From positions 1 through 64,000 of IMG/VR virus record IMGVR_UViG_3300042522_001545: a stretch of DNA of 64,000 nt, one strand, 5' to 3'. Numbering within the stretch: position 1 is the first letter of the stretch; each line of letters opens with the position of its first letter. Under the pieces are notes generated by a model that did not search any database, was not told the origin of the DNA, and saw only the letters and a program-made list of their open reading frames with translations. Origin of the DNA: an uncultured virus (IMG/VR IMGVR_UViG_3300042522_001545) (Duplodnaviria; Heunggongvirae; Uroviricota; Caudoviricetes). This document shows, one piece after another, positions 9,735-18,948 of this stretch. Made by a program: the position numbers and the translations under genes.

Positions 9735-10282
9735 GACCAGAAGTATTAAAATTAAGATCTTCTGTATTTAACTTCTATCAAAATTCTATCCTACCTTCAT
9801 GCAAAGATGGTATGAGAATTCTTGAAATTGGTCCAATGGATATAAGATATACTCCGGTTAAAAACTATTATATCAATTTGCAAAATCAATTACTTCCAAA
9901 ATTAAACATAGAATATAAAACATGTGATAAATTTTTAGACAGTAAAGCAGATTATATACACGATGTATTAGACCTTACTCCAGAAATAGTTGGAAAATTT
10001 GATATTATTATTGCTTGTGAAGTTATAGAGCATATCGGAAAAATATGGCTATTACCAGAAGTACTAAACAATATTTTGAATAACAATGGACAGATTTTTT
10101 TGTCCTCCCCATTCCACTTCTATCTTCATAATCCCTTTCCTGACTATTGGAGAATATCTGAATACGGATATCGTGAACTGTTTAATGATTTGTTTAATGT
10201 AAAAATAGATAAAATTTTAGACAATGATAATGATGACAGAAAACCACTAAATTACCAAGTAGTTTTAACAAAGAAAGAATAA
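9731..10282 (+). CDS. Class I SAM-dependent methyltransferase
   Basis: ILEIGP, FDIIIACEVIEH, PFPDYWRIS. Confidence 0.8.
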   Translation: MRPEVLKLRSSVFNFYQNSILPSCKDGMRILEIGPMDIRYTPVKNYYINLQNQLLPKLNIEYKTCDKFLDSKADYIHDVLDLTPEIVGKFDIIIACEVIEHIGKIWLLPEVLNNILNNNGQIFLSSPFHFYLHNPFPDYWRISEYGYRELFNDLFNVKIDKILDNDNDDRKPLNYQVVLTKKE

Positions 10283-10284
10283 AT

Positions 10285-10593
10285 ATGGCCGATACATTAG
10301 GCTCACTAGTAGATAAACTAACAACAGTAGATCTTAAAATGTGGAATAATCAAGAATTGCTGTATGAAATTAGACGAATGACATTTGAAGAATATAAACA
10401 AAAGTATTTTGATACTGAAAATGGAGCCATTGAACTATGGCAGTATCTTAAAAAAGCTTGTGATTTAAATGTTCAAAGAAACCAACTAATTAATGAAGTA
10501 GATGAAAAAATTATTGAAATTATTAATGCTAAGATAAGTGGAGAAGAGTTAGATAATGGTAAATTTTTACAGAGAAGTCATAAGACATACTAG
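10285..10593 (+). CDS. DUF4254-like helical protein
   Basis: TLGSLVDKL...DLKMW...LNVQRNQLINEVDE pattern. Confidence 0.6.
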   Translation: MADTLGSLVDKLTTVDLKMWNNQELLYEIRRMTFEEYKQKYFDTENGAIELWQYLKKACDLNVQRNQLINEVDEKIIEIINAKISGEELDNGKFLQRSHKTY

Positions 10594-10598
10594 ATTCT

Positions 10599-11702
10599 AT
10601 GATACCTATATACCAACCGTATCTAACTAAAAATAATCTAAAACATGCCCATAAAGCACTGGATAGTGGCTGGATATCATCTCAAGGAGAGTATCTGGAT
10701 TTAACAAAAAATTTATTAAAATCAAAAGCTAAATACAACAATCATAAAATCGTACTAACGAATAATGGGACGACAGCTACTCATCTATTAGCTTTGGCAC
10801 TACAATATAAATATCCATCTATCAAAAAAATTATTGTTCCAAATAATGTATATGTAGCTGCGTGGAATGCTTTTTTATATACTCAAAAGTATGAACTAAT
10901 ACCAGTAGACGCCAATTTATATACTTGGAATTTTGAAGACTCTTATCTGGAAGAACTTTTAGATGAAGAAACCGCAGTATTGATAGTACATAATATCGGA
11001 AATATTATCAATGTTCCAAAACTAAAACAAAAATTTCCAAATACTATTTTTGTAGAAGACAATTGTGAAGGCTTCTTGGGATCCTATGGAGATAAACCAT
11101 CTGGATCAGAATGTTTTGCTTCATCAATATCTTTTTTTGGTAATAAAACAATAACATGCGGAGAAGGTGGTGCTTTTATAACTTCTGATGATGAGCTGTT
11201 CTCTTATATCAATACAGTAAAAAATCAAGGGCAATCCCATAAAAAATTCATTCATGATTATCTTGGCTATAATTACAGAATGACAAATATACAAGCTGCT
11301 ATTTTATATGGTCAGCTAAATGATTTAGACTGGATTATAAATCAAAAAAAGAATATTTTTAATCAATATAGATCTATTTTAAAATTGCCTAATATATCTT
11401 TTCAGCATATAGATCCCGATACCTCTCATTCTAATTGGATGCTTGGTATGAGATTTCTAGATTTTGATTTAGAAAAGAAAAAATCACTCGAATTATATTT
11501 GTACGAAGCAGGAATAGATACAAGGCCAATGTTTTATGATATACATCAGCATAAATATCTGAAGCCTATTAAATGCGTATCTAATGAAAACTCAAAAATA
11601 TTACAAAACCAATGTCTAATGGTTCCTTCATATCCCACTCTTAGTGAAAGTCAAATCAGCTTTATTTGCGATAAAATCATACATTTTCTCAAATATAACT
11701 AA
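10599..11702 (+). CDS. DegT/DnrJ/EryC1/StrS PLP aminotransferase (perosamine-synthetase-like)
   Basis: GWISSQG, NGTTATHL, EDNCE, SFFGNKTITCGEGG (PLP Lys), GYNYRMTNIQAA. Confidence 0.9.
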   Translation: MIPIYQPYLTKNNLKHAHKALDSGWISSQGEYLDLTKNLLKSKAKYNNHKIVLTNNGTTATHLLALALQYKYPSIKKIIVPNNVYVAAWNAFLYTQKYELIPVDANLYTWNFEDSYLEELLDEETAVLIVHNIGNIINVPKLKQKFPNTIFVEDNCEGFLGSYGDKPSGSECFASSISFFGNKTITCGEGGAFITSDDELFSYINTVKNQGQSHKKFIHDYLGYNYRMTNIQAAILYGQLNDLDWIINQKKNIFNQYRSILKLPNISFQHIDPDTSHSNWMLGMRFLDFDLEKKKSLELYLYEAGIDTRPMFYDIHQHKYLKPIKCVSNENSKILQNQCLMVPSYPTLSESQISFICDKIIHFLKYN

Positions 11703-11715
11703 TAAAAATCTGCAT

Positions 11716-12435
11716 ATGTTTAAATGTTCAATATTTTGTTCGTTTTATAAAGGTGAAAAATTCATTGAAGGATATCTCAATGATATGCTAAAACAATCAG
11801 TATTTAATAATACAGAATTTATTTTTCTTGACTGTAGTTCTACAGAAAATGAAAAAGACTATATCCTACCAATTGCAAAAAGGTTTAATAATGTAAAGTA
11901 TCATCAACTAGAAAAAGATCCAGGATTATATGCTGCGTGGAACATTGCTATTCGTTTATGTTCATCATCTATAATAGGCAACTGGAATATTGATGATCGT
12001 AAAAGTACTGACAGTATAGACATTTTGCTTAAAGCATTTGACAGAGATCCTTTACTAGACATAGCATATGGAATTACTTATGTTTCTACAGAAGCAAATG
12101 AAAAATATGAAGATAATACATATGATCAAGTCTACCCATGCCTACCCCACTCTTTCCGTAATCTACTAAATAATAACAGTCCTCATTGTATGCCGTTATG
12201 GAAGAAGAATTTACATGATAGATTTGGGCTATTTGATGAAAACTATAAGACGGCTTCTGATGGAGATATGTGGTTGCGTTGTGCTGCGGGAGGTGCTAGA
12301 ATAAAGATGGTCAACCACCCAGTCGGTTTGTACTATCATAACCCATCTGGTCGGTCTACTGACCCAAAACATCTACAACAGATGATTGATGAAGTTAATC
12401 GCATGAGACACAATTATATTGGATACCTAACATGA
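11716..12435 (+). CDS. GT2-family glycosyltransferase
   Basis: DPGLYAAWN, NWNIDD, PHCMPLWK, FDENY...DGDMWLR. Confidence 0.8.
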   Translation: MFKCSIFCSFYKGEKFIEGYLNDMLKQSVFNNTEFIFLDCSSTENEKDYILPIAKRFNNVKYHQLEKDPGLYAAWNIAIRLCSSSIIGNWNIDDRKSTDSIDILLKAFDRDPLLDIAYGITYVSTEANEKYEDNTYDQVYPCLPHSFRNLLNNNSPHCMPLWKKNLHDRFGLFDENYKTASDGDMWLRCAAGGARIKMVNHPVGLYYHNPSGRSTDPKHLQQMIDEVNRMRHNYIGYLT

Positions 12436-12578
12436 TTGAAGTTATATTATTCTTTTTGGTTTTGGCAATAGTTTTTGGCATGATAGACGCCCAATATAAA
12501 ATACATGACAGATCTAGCTGTCATAGATTATATTCGTCAAGAAACTTATTTACCTTTTTATTTACTGATCGCTACTAA
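12432..12578 (+). CDS. Small membrane protein (48 aa, below the ORF-track cutoff)
   Basis: ATGA overlap with the upstream stop; MIEVILFFLVLAIVFGMIDAQY hydrophobic N-terminus. Confidence 0.45.
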   Translation: MIEVILFFLVLAIVFGMIDAQYKIHDRSSCHRLYSSRNLFTFLFTDRY

Positions 12579-12584
12579 TTAAAT

Positions 12585-13115
12585 ATGAATAGATTGAAGA
12601 ATCAACGAGTTTATTTGGCCGGGGCTATGGATAGAGTTGCTGATCGCGGAGCTACTTGGAGAGATAATATTACTCCATTTCTTGAAGAAATGGGTTCCAT
12701 AGTCTTTAATCCTATTACTAAGCCAACAAACACAGGTATGGAAGACAGTGACTCTCATACTATTAAGACCAAACTGAAAAAAGCAGAGAGATACGATGAA
12801 CTTGCAGAAATGATGAAAGTTATTCGCAGGGTAGATTTAAGACTTGTAGATATTAGTGACTTTTTGGTCGTGAATCTGAATCTTGATATTCATCCATGCG
12901 GAACATATGAAGAAATATTTTGGGCTAATCGTCAGAAAAAGCCAATAATAATTCATATGGAGCAAGGTAAGATAAACGCCCCGGATTGGTTATTCGGCAC
13001 AATACCACATCAAACTATTTTTTCTTCTTGGGATGATATCAAAGATTATCTTTCTCATATAAACACATCGGAAAACATAGATACCTATAAAAGATGGTAT
13101 TTTTTCTCGGTATAA
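12585..13115 (+). CDS. Nucleoside 2-deoxyribosyltransferase / dNMP N-glycosidase-like protein
   Basis: VYLAGAM, VFNP, D..LVDISD, CGTYEE, KPII motifs of the NDT/RCL fold. Confidence 0.75.
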   Translation: MNRLKNQRVYLAGAMDRVADRGATWRDNITPFLEEMGSIVFNPITKPTNTGMEDSDSHTIKTKLKKAERYDELAEMMKVIRRVDLRLVDISDFLVVNLNLDIHPCGTYEEIFWANRQKKPIIIHMEQGKINAPDWLFGTIPHQTIFSSWDDIKDYLSHINTSENIDTYKRWYFFSV

Positions 13116-13116
13116 C

Positions 13117-13320
13117 ATGCCTAAATATTATGTAAAGTCTGGTCAAATAAAATATATCATTGATTGTAATGATCCAATATCCGCAATATTGGCAGCATTA
13201 TATCATTTTAAAGGGAAGGGTCTCTTAACCGGACCAAAAATTTGTGTTAGCGAGCGTGGTTTTGAAAGCCACAAAACATGGAAGTGTTATGATACTGATG
13301 AATACTTGAAGAAAACATAA
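13117..13320 (+). CDS. Hypothetical protein
   Basis: 67 aa ORF tightly coupled to both neighbours. Confidence 0.6.
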   Translation: MPKYYVKSGQIKYIIDCNDPISAILAALYHFKGKGLLTGPKICVSERGFESHKTWKCYDTDEYLKKT

Positions 13321-13321
13321 A

Positions 13322-14443
13322 ATGCAAAAAATTATCAATGAACTAAAACTAGATTTTGACGATGTACTGATTAAACCCAAGAGATCAAGACTTGGTAGTA
13401 GATCAGAGGTTTCTCTACAACGAGATTTTAAATTTCTATATTCTACAAGATTTTTATCTTGTACTCCTATTGTTGCCGCCAATATGGACACAACCGGCAC
13501 AATGAGTATGGCAGGAGTGCTGGCTCAATTCAATGCTATAACATGTTTGCATAAACACTACTCTATTGATGAGATTGTTGACTATTTTACAAAATCTCAA
13601 AAACCAGAACTTTCCTTCTATTCTACAGGAATTAATAAGCCAGATATAGAGAAACTCATAGACACTTTTGACAGACTAAAACTTAAGGGCTTATATTTAC
13701 CAAATGTATGCGTTGATGTTGCCAACGGATATAGCGATAAGTTCGTTAAGGCTGTCAAACATATTAGGGATATGTATCCTGATATTGTTATTATGGCTGG
13801 GAATGTTGTTACTCCGGAAATGACAGAAGAACTGCTGATGCACGGACTGGTGGACATAGTGAAGGTCGGTATAGGTTCAGGATCTGTTTGTACTACAAGA
13901 TTAAAAACTGGCGTGGGATACCCCCAGCTGTCTGCCGTAATGGAGTGTGCCGACGCTGCTCATGGTATTGGTGGACACATTTGCAGCGATGGGGGTTGTA
14001 AAATAGTTGCTGATATTTGTAAAGCTTTTGGTGCAAATACAGATTTCGTTATGCTTGGCAGTATGCTTGCTGGTACAGACTGCTGTGAAGGGGAATGGGA
14101 ATACGAATATAAGTGCGTCAAAGCAGGTCTTGCAGGAGAATTTTGGCAACCATTTAATCCTGGATATGAAACAGAAAAAAGAAAGATACGTCTTAAGTTC
14201 TATGGTATGAGTTCCAAGGACGCAATGGATAAATATCATAACGGAGTTGCTAACTATAGAACCAGTGAAGGAAAATCCGTTATTATTCCATATAAGGGAA
14301 CTACTGAGGATATTATGTTGGATATAATGGGAGGTCTTAGAAGTTCATGCACTTATGTTGGAGCTTCTAAAATTAAAGACTTTGGTAAAAAAACAACATT
14401 TATACAAGTTAACAATACTCATAATAGGATATTTGAAAAATGA
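13322..14443 (+). CDS. guaC: GMP reductase
   Basis: LDFDDVL, ANMDTTG, DVANGYS, KVGIGSGSVCTTR (catalytic Cys), FYGMSS, YRTSEGK, GGLRSSCTYVGA. Confidence 0.93.
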   Translation: MQKIINELKLDFDDVLIKPKRSRLGSRSEVSLQRDFKFLYSTRFLSCTPIVAANMDTTGTMSMAGVLAQFNAITCLHKHYSIDEIVDYFTKSQKPELSFYSTGINKPDIEKLIDTFDRLKLKGLYLPNVCVDVANGYSDKFVKAVKHIRDMYPDIVIMAGNVVTPEMTEELLMHGLVDIVKVGIGSGSVCTTRLKTGVGYPQLSAVMECADAAHGIGGHICSDGGCKIVADICKAFGANTDFVMLGSMLAGTDCCEGEWEYEYKCVKAGLAGEFWQPFNPGYETEKRKIRLKFYGMSSKDAMDKYHNGVANYRTSEGKSVIIPYKGTTEDIMLDIMGGLRSSCTYVGASKIKDFGKKTTFIQVNNTHNRIFEK

Positions 14444-15501
14444 ACATCAATGTGTCGGCACCAATCAACAGTACAGGATATGGCATAGCTTCCTACAATA
14501 TTATTAAGGGTCTTAGCGCTCTCAATAATGTTATATCATATTTCCCAATAGGTCAGCCATCAGTAGAAACACAAGAGGATCACGCCTTTGTATCAAATAT
14601 TCTTAAACAAAGATATTTATGCGATATAAATGCTCCTCATCTTAAAATATGGCATCAGTTTGACTTATTAGAGCATGTAGGAAGAGGTCCATATTTTGCT
14701 TTTCCCTTTTTTGAACTAGATACTTTTAGTGATATAGAAATCAATAGCCTAAAAACTCCAGATGGTATTTTTACAACTAGTCAGTGGGCAGCCGATGTAG
14801 TGTCTAAGCACGTTTCAACTCCAGTTCATGTTGCTCCGCTTGGCGTTGACTTGTCGATATTTGATAAGTCTAGATATTCACAACCATCTGATAATAAGTA
14901 TGTATTTATTAACATAGGCAAGTGGGAAGTAAGAAAAGGTCATGATATTTTATTAGAATTATTTACCAAAGCTTTTCCAAATAATCCAGATGTTGAACTT
15001 TGGATTTTAGCTTCAGAAACAACCAATGGATACTCCTCTCCTGCTGAAATTGAGCAGTGGAAGAATATGTACCAAAACGATAGTAGAGTTAAATTATTTT
15101 CGGGGTTTGCTCAACATTCTGAGATTGCAGAACTAATATCAAAAGCTAATTGTGGTATTTTCCCCTCAAGAGCAGAGGGTTGGAATATGGAGTTATTAGA
15201 GTGTATGGCTATGAATAAACCTGTTATAACTACTAATTATTCAGCACATACAGAGTTTTGTAATAAAGACAACTCATATTTAGTCGATATATCGACTACT
15301 GAAAAAGCCCATGACGGCAAGGCTTTTATGGGTCAGGGTAATTGGGCAAAAATAGATCAATCTGAAAAAGACATATTGATCGATTATATGCGATATGTGG
15401 TCAATAATCACATTAATACTAATCCTGCTGGTGTAAATACTGCTAATCAGTTATCGTGGACAAATACAGCACAAAAGATACTCAGTTACATGAATAAATA
15501 G
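14440..15501 (+). CDS. GT4-family (GT-B) glycosyltransferase
   Basis: TGYG, IGKWEVRKG, PSRAEGWNMELLECMA (EX7E). Confidence 0.85.
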   Translation: MNINVSAPINSTGYGIASYNIIKGLSALNNVISYFPIGQPSVETQEDHAFVSNILKQRYLCDINAPHLKIWHQFDLLEHVGRGPYFAFPFFELDTFSDIEINSLKTPDGIFTTSQWAADVVSKHVSTPVHVAPLGVDLSIFDKSRYSQPSDNKYVFINIGKWEVRKGHDILLELFTKAFPNNPDVELWILASETTNGYSSPAEIEQWKNMYQNDSRVKLFSGFAQHSEIAELISKANCGIFPSRAEGWNMELLECMAMNKPVITTNYSAHTEFCNKDNSYLVDISTTEKAHDGKAFMGQGNWAKIDQSEKDILIDYMRYVVNNHINTNPAGVNTANQLSWTNTAQKILSYMNK

Positions 15502-15510
15502 GTTAATATT

Positions 15511-16047
15511 ATGCCAATTCCAAAACCAAATCCTGATGAAAAATCTAAAAATTTTGTTGCAAGATGCATGGGTGATGAGGCTATGAAAAAAGACTATCCA
15601 GATTCTCAACAAAGAATAGCAGCGTGTCTTGGTCAGGTCAAAGCTTCATTGTTGGAGCAAGTGTGCGAGGCTATTTCCTACATAGATAATGAATACGATA
15701 GTGACGGTGAAGAGCTAACTAAAGCTAATTTGATTTTACCCAATGAAAATGACTATGTTGATACTGATGAAGTAACAGAAGAATTTGATCTATGTGCCGT
15801 ATCTTCAGAATATCAAGGACGCAAGGTTACTCTTAATAAACCTTTTAGAACTCCTGACGGTCCTAAAAAATCTGCCGTTTATGTTAAAAATGACAAGGGT
15901 AAAGTAGTTATTGTTAGATTTGGTGATCCTAACATGAAAATTAAAAAAAATATTCCTTCACGAAGGAAAAGTTTTAGAGCTAGAATGAATTGTGATAATC
16001 CTGGGCCAAAGTGGAAAAGTCGATATTGGGCATGTAAGAGTTGGTAA
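15511..16047 (+). CDS. Modular phage protein, probably head-associated
   Basis: N-terminal PxPxxxExxxxFVARCM...QRxAxC module and C-terminal YQGRKVTLNKP...FGDPNM...RRKSFRAR..C...RYW.C.W module, both recurrent in large-phage proteins. Confidence 0.55.
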   Translation: MPIPKPNPDEKSKNFVARCMGDEAMKKDYPDSQQRIAACLGQVKASLLEQVCEAISYIDNEYDSDGEELTKANLILPNENDYVDTDEVTEEFDLCAVSSEYQGRKVTLNKPFRTPDGPKKSAVYVKNDKGKVVIVRFGDPNMKIKKNIPSRRKSFRARMNCDNPGPKWKSRYWACKSW

Positions 16048-16052
16048 TAATC

Positions 16053-16559
16053 ATGAGAAAATGTAGAAAATGTAAATTAAATGAGGTCCCTCAAAATTCT
16101 AGAAAATTTTGTGATTATTGCAAACTTAAGCTAAAGGCTTGCGAGTGTGGAACTATTTTCAAATCCAAAAAACACAATTTCTGTAGACTATGTAGAATGA
16201 GTAAAGGAAACATAGGTCAATGTCAATCATGCAATAAAACCAGGCACATATATTTCAGTTCGACAATCTGCACAACCTGTTACAAATTTATAACAAAATA
16301 CAATATTACTATAGAAGAGCTAAAACATTTAAGAGCAATAAAGAACTGCGGTATCTGTGGTATTGCAGTTTTTCACCATGCTAAGAATAAAGGAAATGCT
16401 GCCGTTATAGATCATGATCACAATACTGGTAAGGTTAGAGGAATTTTATGCGTACAGTGTAATATTATAGAAGGAATGATACGCAATGAACAGCACTTAG
16501 AACAATTTTATACTAACTATAAAAAATGGATTAATAATTATGACCAAAACAATAGATGA
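16053..16559 (+). CDS. Endonuclease VII-type (His-Me finger) free-standing endonuclease
   Basis: CGIC...IDHDHNTGKVRGILCVQCN; several N-terminal CxxC motifs. Confidence 0.85.
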   Translation: MRKCRKCKLNEVPQNSRKFCDYCKLKLKACECGTIFKSKKHNFCRLCRMSKGNIGQCQSCNKTRHIYFSSTICTTCYKFITKYNITIEELKHLRAIKNCGICGIAVFHHAKNKGNAAVIDHDHNTGKVRGILCVQCNIIEGMIRNEQHLEQFYTNYKKWINNYDQNNR

Positions 16560-17133
16560 ACTATTAAACGAAAATGCTGAAGTAAAGGAAAATCAAGTGG
16601 ACGAAGTACAAGCTAGCCAGACTAATGAAACTAATGAGGTTAATGAAACTATAGAAAATGTTGTATCTGAGACCGAAAATAATGTTATCGGATTACTTAA
16701 AAAGTCTTTGAATATACACTGGCAACAAACAACTTCATTAAGTGCTCAAGCTGTTCATCTTGAAAGATGGGGATATAAGAAACTTGCTGCTATCATTAAA
16801 GCAGATGCCCTAGAAGAACACCAACACTCAATAATCAACTTAACAAGACTAGAATTTTTTGATCAAGATTATCAACCACTAGTAGTGTCTCCTCCATCAT
16901 GGACACGACATGACATGGTTGCTATTATCAACTATAACTTAGCATCTGTAAGAGAGGCTGCAGATACAGAAAAAGCAACTATTGTTGCAGCTAGGGCGGT
17001 AGGAGATGAACTAACAGCCAATATAATGATTCCTCTACTACAAGGTAGTGAAGATGGCATAAAACTATACGAAGGCTACTTAAAGCTTATTGAACAAATG
17101 GGTATAGACAACTTTTTAACTTTACAGACATAA
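16540..17133 (+). CDS. Bacterioferritin-like protein with degenerate ferroxidase centre and acidic N-terminal extension
   Basis: Near-ungapped match by eye to E. coli Bfr (WGxKxL, EExxH, R..F, D, LIxxMGxxNxL..Q); metal ligands substituted. Confidence 0.8.
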   Translation: MTKTIDELLNENAEVKENQVDEVQASQTNETNEVNETIENVVSETENNVIGLLKKSLNIHWQQTTSLSAQAVHLERWGYKKLAAIIKADALEEHQHSIINLTRLEFFDQDYQPLVVSPPSWTRHDMVAIINYNLASVREAADTEKATIVAARAVGDELTANIMIPLLQGSEDGIKLYEGYLKLIEQMGIDNFLTLQT

Positions 17134-17160
17134 TAGTCTCAATAAATAAAGGTATTAATC

Positions 17161-17589
17161 ATGGACAGAATATACGATATACTAAAAAATGTTCAGGCAG
17201 CAGTAGAGAATCAAGAAATTGAGTCTCCAAAGACAGAGTTAAATGAATATAAACAAGACTTCCTAGAGATGAATATCGGCTCACTCACAGCAATCATGCA
17301 ACATGCTAAAAACATACTTGACTCTCTAGGTGACCCGTCAGTTAAAGAAAACTTGACAGAAAGCTGGCTACAGGGTAAAATCGCCATAACTGAGGATTAC
17401 ATGCGAACCATTCACGATTTTGTGAAGTATGTACCATCAGAGGACGATAACTCTTTTGCTGGGGATAAGCCTGGACTTTGGGATAATATCCGCAAGAAAA
17501 AAGAACGAGAAGGCAAGAATTATAAGCCAGCTAAACGAGGAGATAAAGACAGACCAGATCCTGATCAGTGGAAAAAGTTAACTAAGTAA
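17161..17589 (+). CDS. Modular phage protein, probably internal-head/core type
   Basis: ESWLQGKIAITEDYM module plus KPGLWDNIRKKK...KPAK.GDKDRP module seen in large-phage proteins. Confidence 0.5.
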   Translation: MDRIYDILKNVQAAVENQEIESPKTELNEYKQDFLEMNIGSLTAIMQHAKNILDSLGDPSVKENLTESWLQGKIAITEDYMRTIHDFVKYVPSEDDNSFAGDKPGLWDNIRKKKEREGKNYKPAKRGDKDRPDPDQWKKLTK

Positions 17590-17632
17590 GACACTTTCAA
17601 TTAAGATTTTATTTTATACAAAAGGACTTTTA

Positions 17633-18232
17633 ATGGACAGAACGTATGACAGTTTGGATTCGTATATAAACCTAGCAAAAAAAACCATAGTGAAATTTGG
17701 ACCAAGATTTTACAATGGTCTCTCAGCAGAAATGTTGAAAAACACTGATGCAGTATCAGATGTTGCAACAGCCATTATGTATGCCGATTGGAGATTTGAT
17801 CCAAATAGACCTGGGAAAAGTGGTCAGAAAAAGACACTATACTCATATCGTAATCAGTGTGCAATATGGGCAATTAAGACATATGTAACTAATAAATACA
17901 AAAAACATCTCGATACAAGTATCAGTCTTAATTTTAGTGAAGAGGGTTCAGACTCGTCATTCTATTCTTCTATATCTGATGAGAAGGCAATGGATCCAGT
18001 AGATATTTTAATAGATAAAGAAGAGTCTTCACGGTTAACATCAAGCATCGATCAGCTACTGAATAATAGCATTTTATCTGACAAACAGAAAATACAGATT
18101 AAAATGTATTATCTAGAAAATCATACTTTGTCATATATTGGTAAAAAGTTTGGTGTCTCTAGAGAAGCAATTAGGCAAAACATTAAGAGAGCACTGGATA
18201 TTATTCGATCTTATGATAAATGCACAGCTTAA
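17633..18232 (+). CDS. Phage sigma70-like RNA polymerase sigma factor
   Basis: Region-2-like A..RFDP...TLYSY....WAI; region 4 HTH LSDKQK...TLSYIGKKFGVSREAIRQ. Confidence 0.8.
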   Translation: MDRTYDSLDSYINLAKKTIVKFGPRFYNGLSAEMLKNTDAVSDVATAIMYADWRFDPNRPGKSGQKKTLYSYRNQCAIWAIKTYVTNKYKKHLDTSISLNFSEEGSDSSFYSSISDEKAMDPVDILIDKEESSRLTSSIDQLLNNSILSDKQKIQIKMYYLENHTLSYIGKKFGVSREAIRQNIKRALDIIRSYDKCTA

Positions 18233-18563
18233 TCTTATTATTCCAATTTTTATTCATTCCAAGAACAGATATGAGATACTCTCATTAGCTGATTATACTC
18301 TAAGACTGCCTTCTGTTGAACTAGAGCCTAATCAAGACATTAATGAGCTTCTATCAATGCTGTTGAATAGATGTATAAAAGAAACCTCTGGAACAAATCC
18401 TAAATTAGTTGACATTATCATAACTTCTCAGCTTGATATATATTATATTTGTTTTGTTAATTATGAAACTACTATAATAAATAGCTATACTAGAACCATA
18501 GATCTTAACACCGATATACTACCACCAAATGCTACAAGAACTCTTTCGTTATTGGCTAAGTAA
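18213..18563 (+). CDS. Hypothetical protein
   Basis: ORF in operon, overlaps the sigma-factor stop. Confidence 0.55.
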   Translation: MINAQLNLIIPIFIHSKNRYEILSLADYTLRLPSVELEPNQDINELLSMLLNRCIKETSGTNPKLVDIIITSQLDIYYICFVNYETTIINSYTRTIDLNTDILPPNATRTLSLLAK

Positions 18564-18945
18564 AAAACAGCCCTCTGTGGCTAAAGAAAAAACCCAAGAA
18601 GAGTCTATAGCAGAGGAGATGCATAGTCTAAGTGTAATTCTACATCCAGACGACATGGTTGATATCATAGTTTTGCATCCAAAGTTAGATAAATTATCTC
18701 TAGTTGAAATTTCAACAGAAGCAGAGAAATTTGCAGAATTGTTGATTTATGTTACTAATAATCTAATGGAACCAAAATTATTGACAACAATTCGTAATAA
18801 AATCAAAAACACGAATAATGATAAAGAGCAATTATTTTATGATAATGTTCTATCATATTATGATGTTATAAAAACCGAATTTGAGAAAAAACTAATTGAT
18901 AATGGCCCACTAATCAGACCAAGATCTGTATTTAACTCCAAATAG
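18529..18945 (+). CDS. Hypothetical protein
   Basis: 138 aa ORF ending PLIRPRSVF. Confidence 0.6.
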   Translation: MLQELFRYWLSKKQPSVAKEKTQEESIAEEMHSLSVILHPDDMVDIIVLHPKLDKLSLVEISTEAEKFAELLIYVTNNLMEPKLLTTIRNKIKNTNNDKEQLFYDNVLSYYDVIKTEFEKKLIDNGPLIRPRSVFNSK

Positions 18946-18948
18946 CTG

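Noticed and set aside
4706..15501. DNA hypermodification (glycosylated base) pathway as the purpose of the GTs
   Set aside because: No hydroxymethylase, TET/JBP, preQ0 or PurZ genes in the window, and the sugar set (Galf, nonulosonate, pyruvyl) fits surface glycans better; not excluded genome-wide
16621..16650. 9-nt tandem repeat (ACTAATGAA-like)
   Set aside because: Three degenerate in-frame copies encoding TNE/TNE/VNE in a low-complexity extension; no evidence of a separate element
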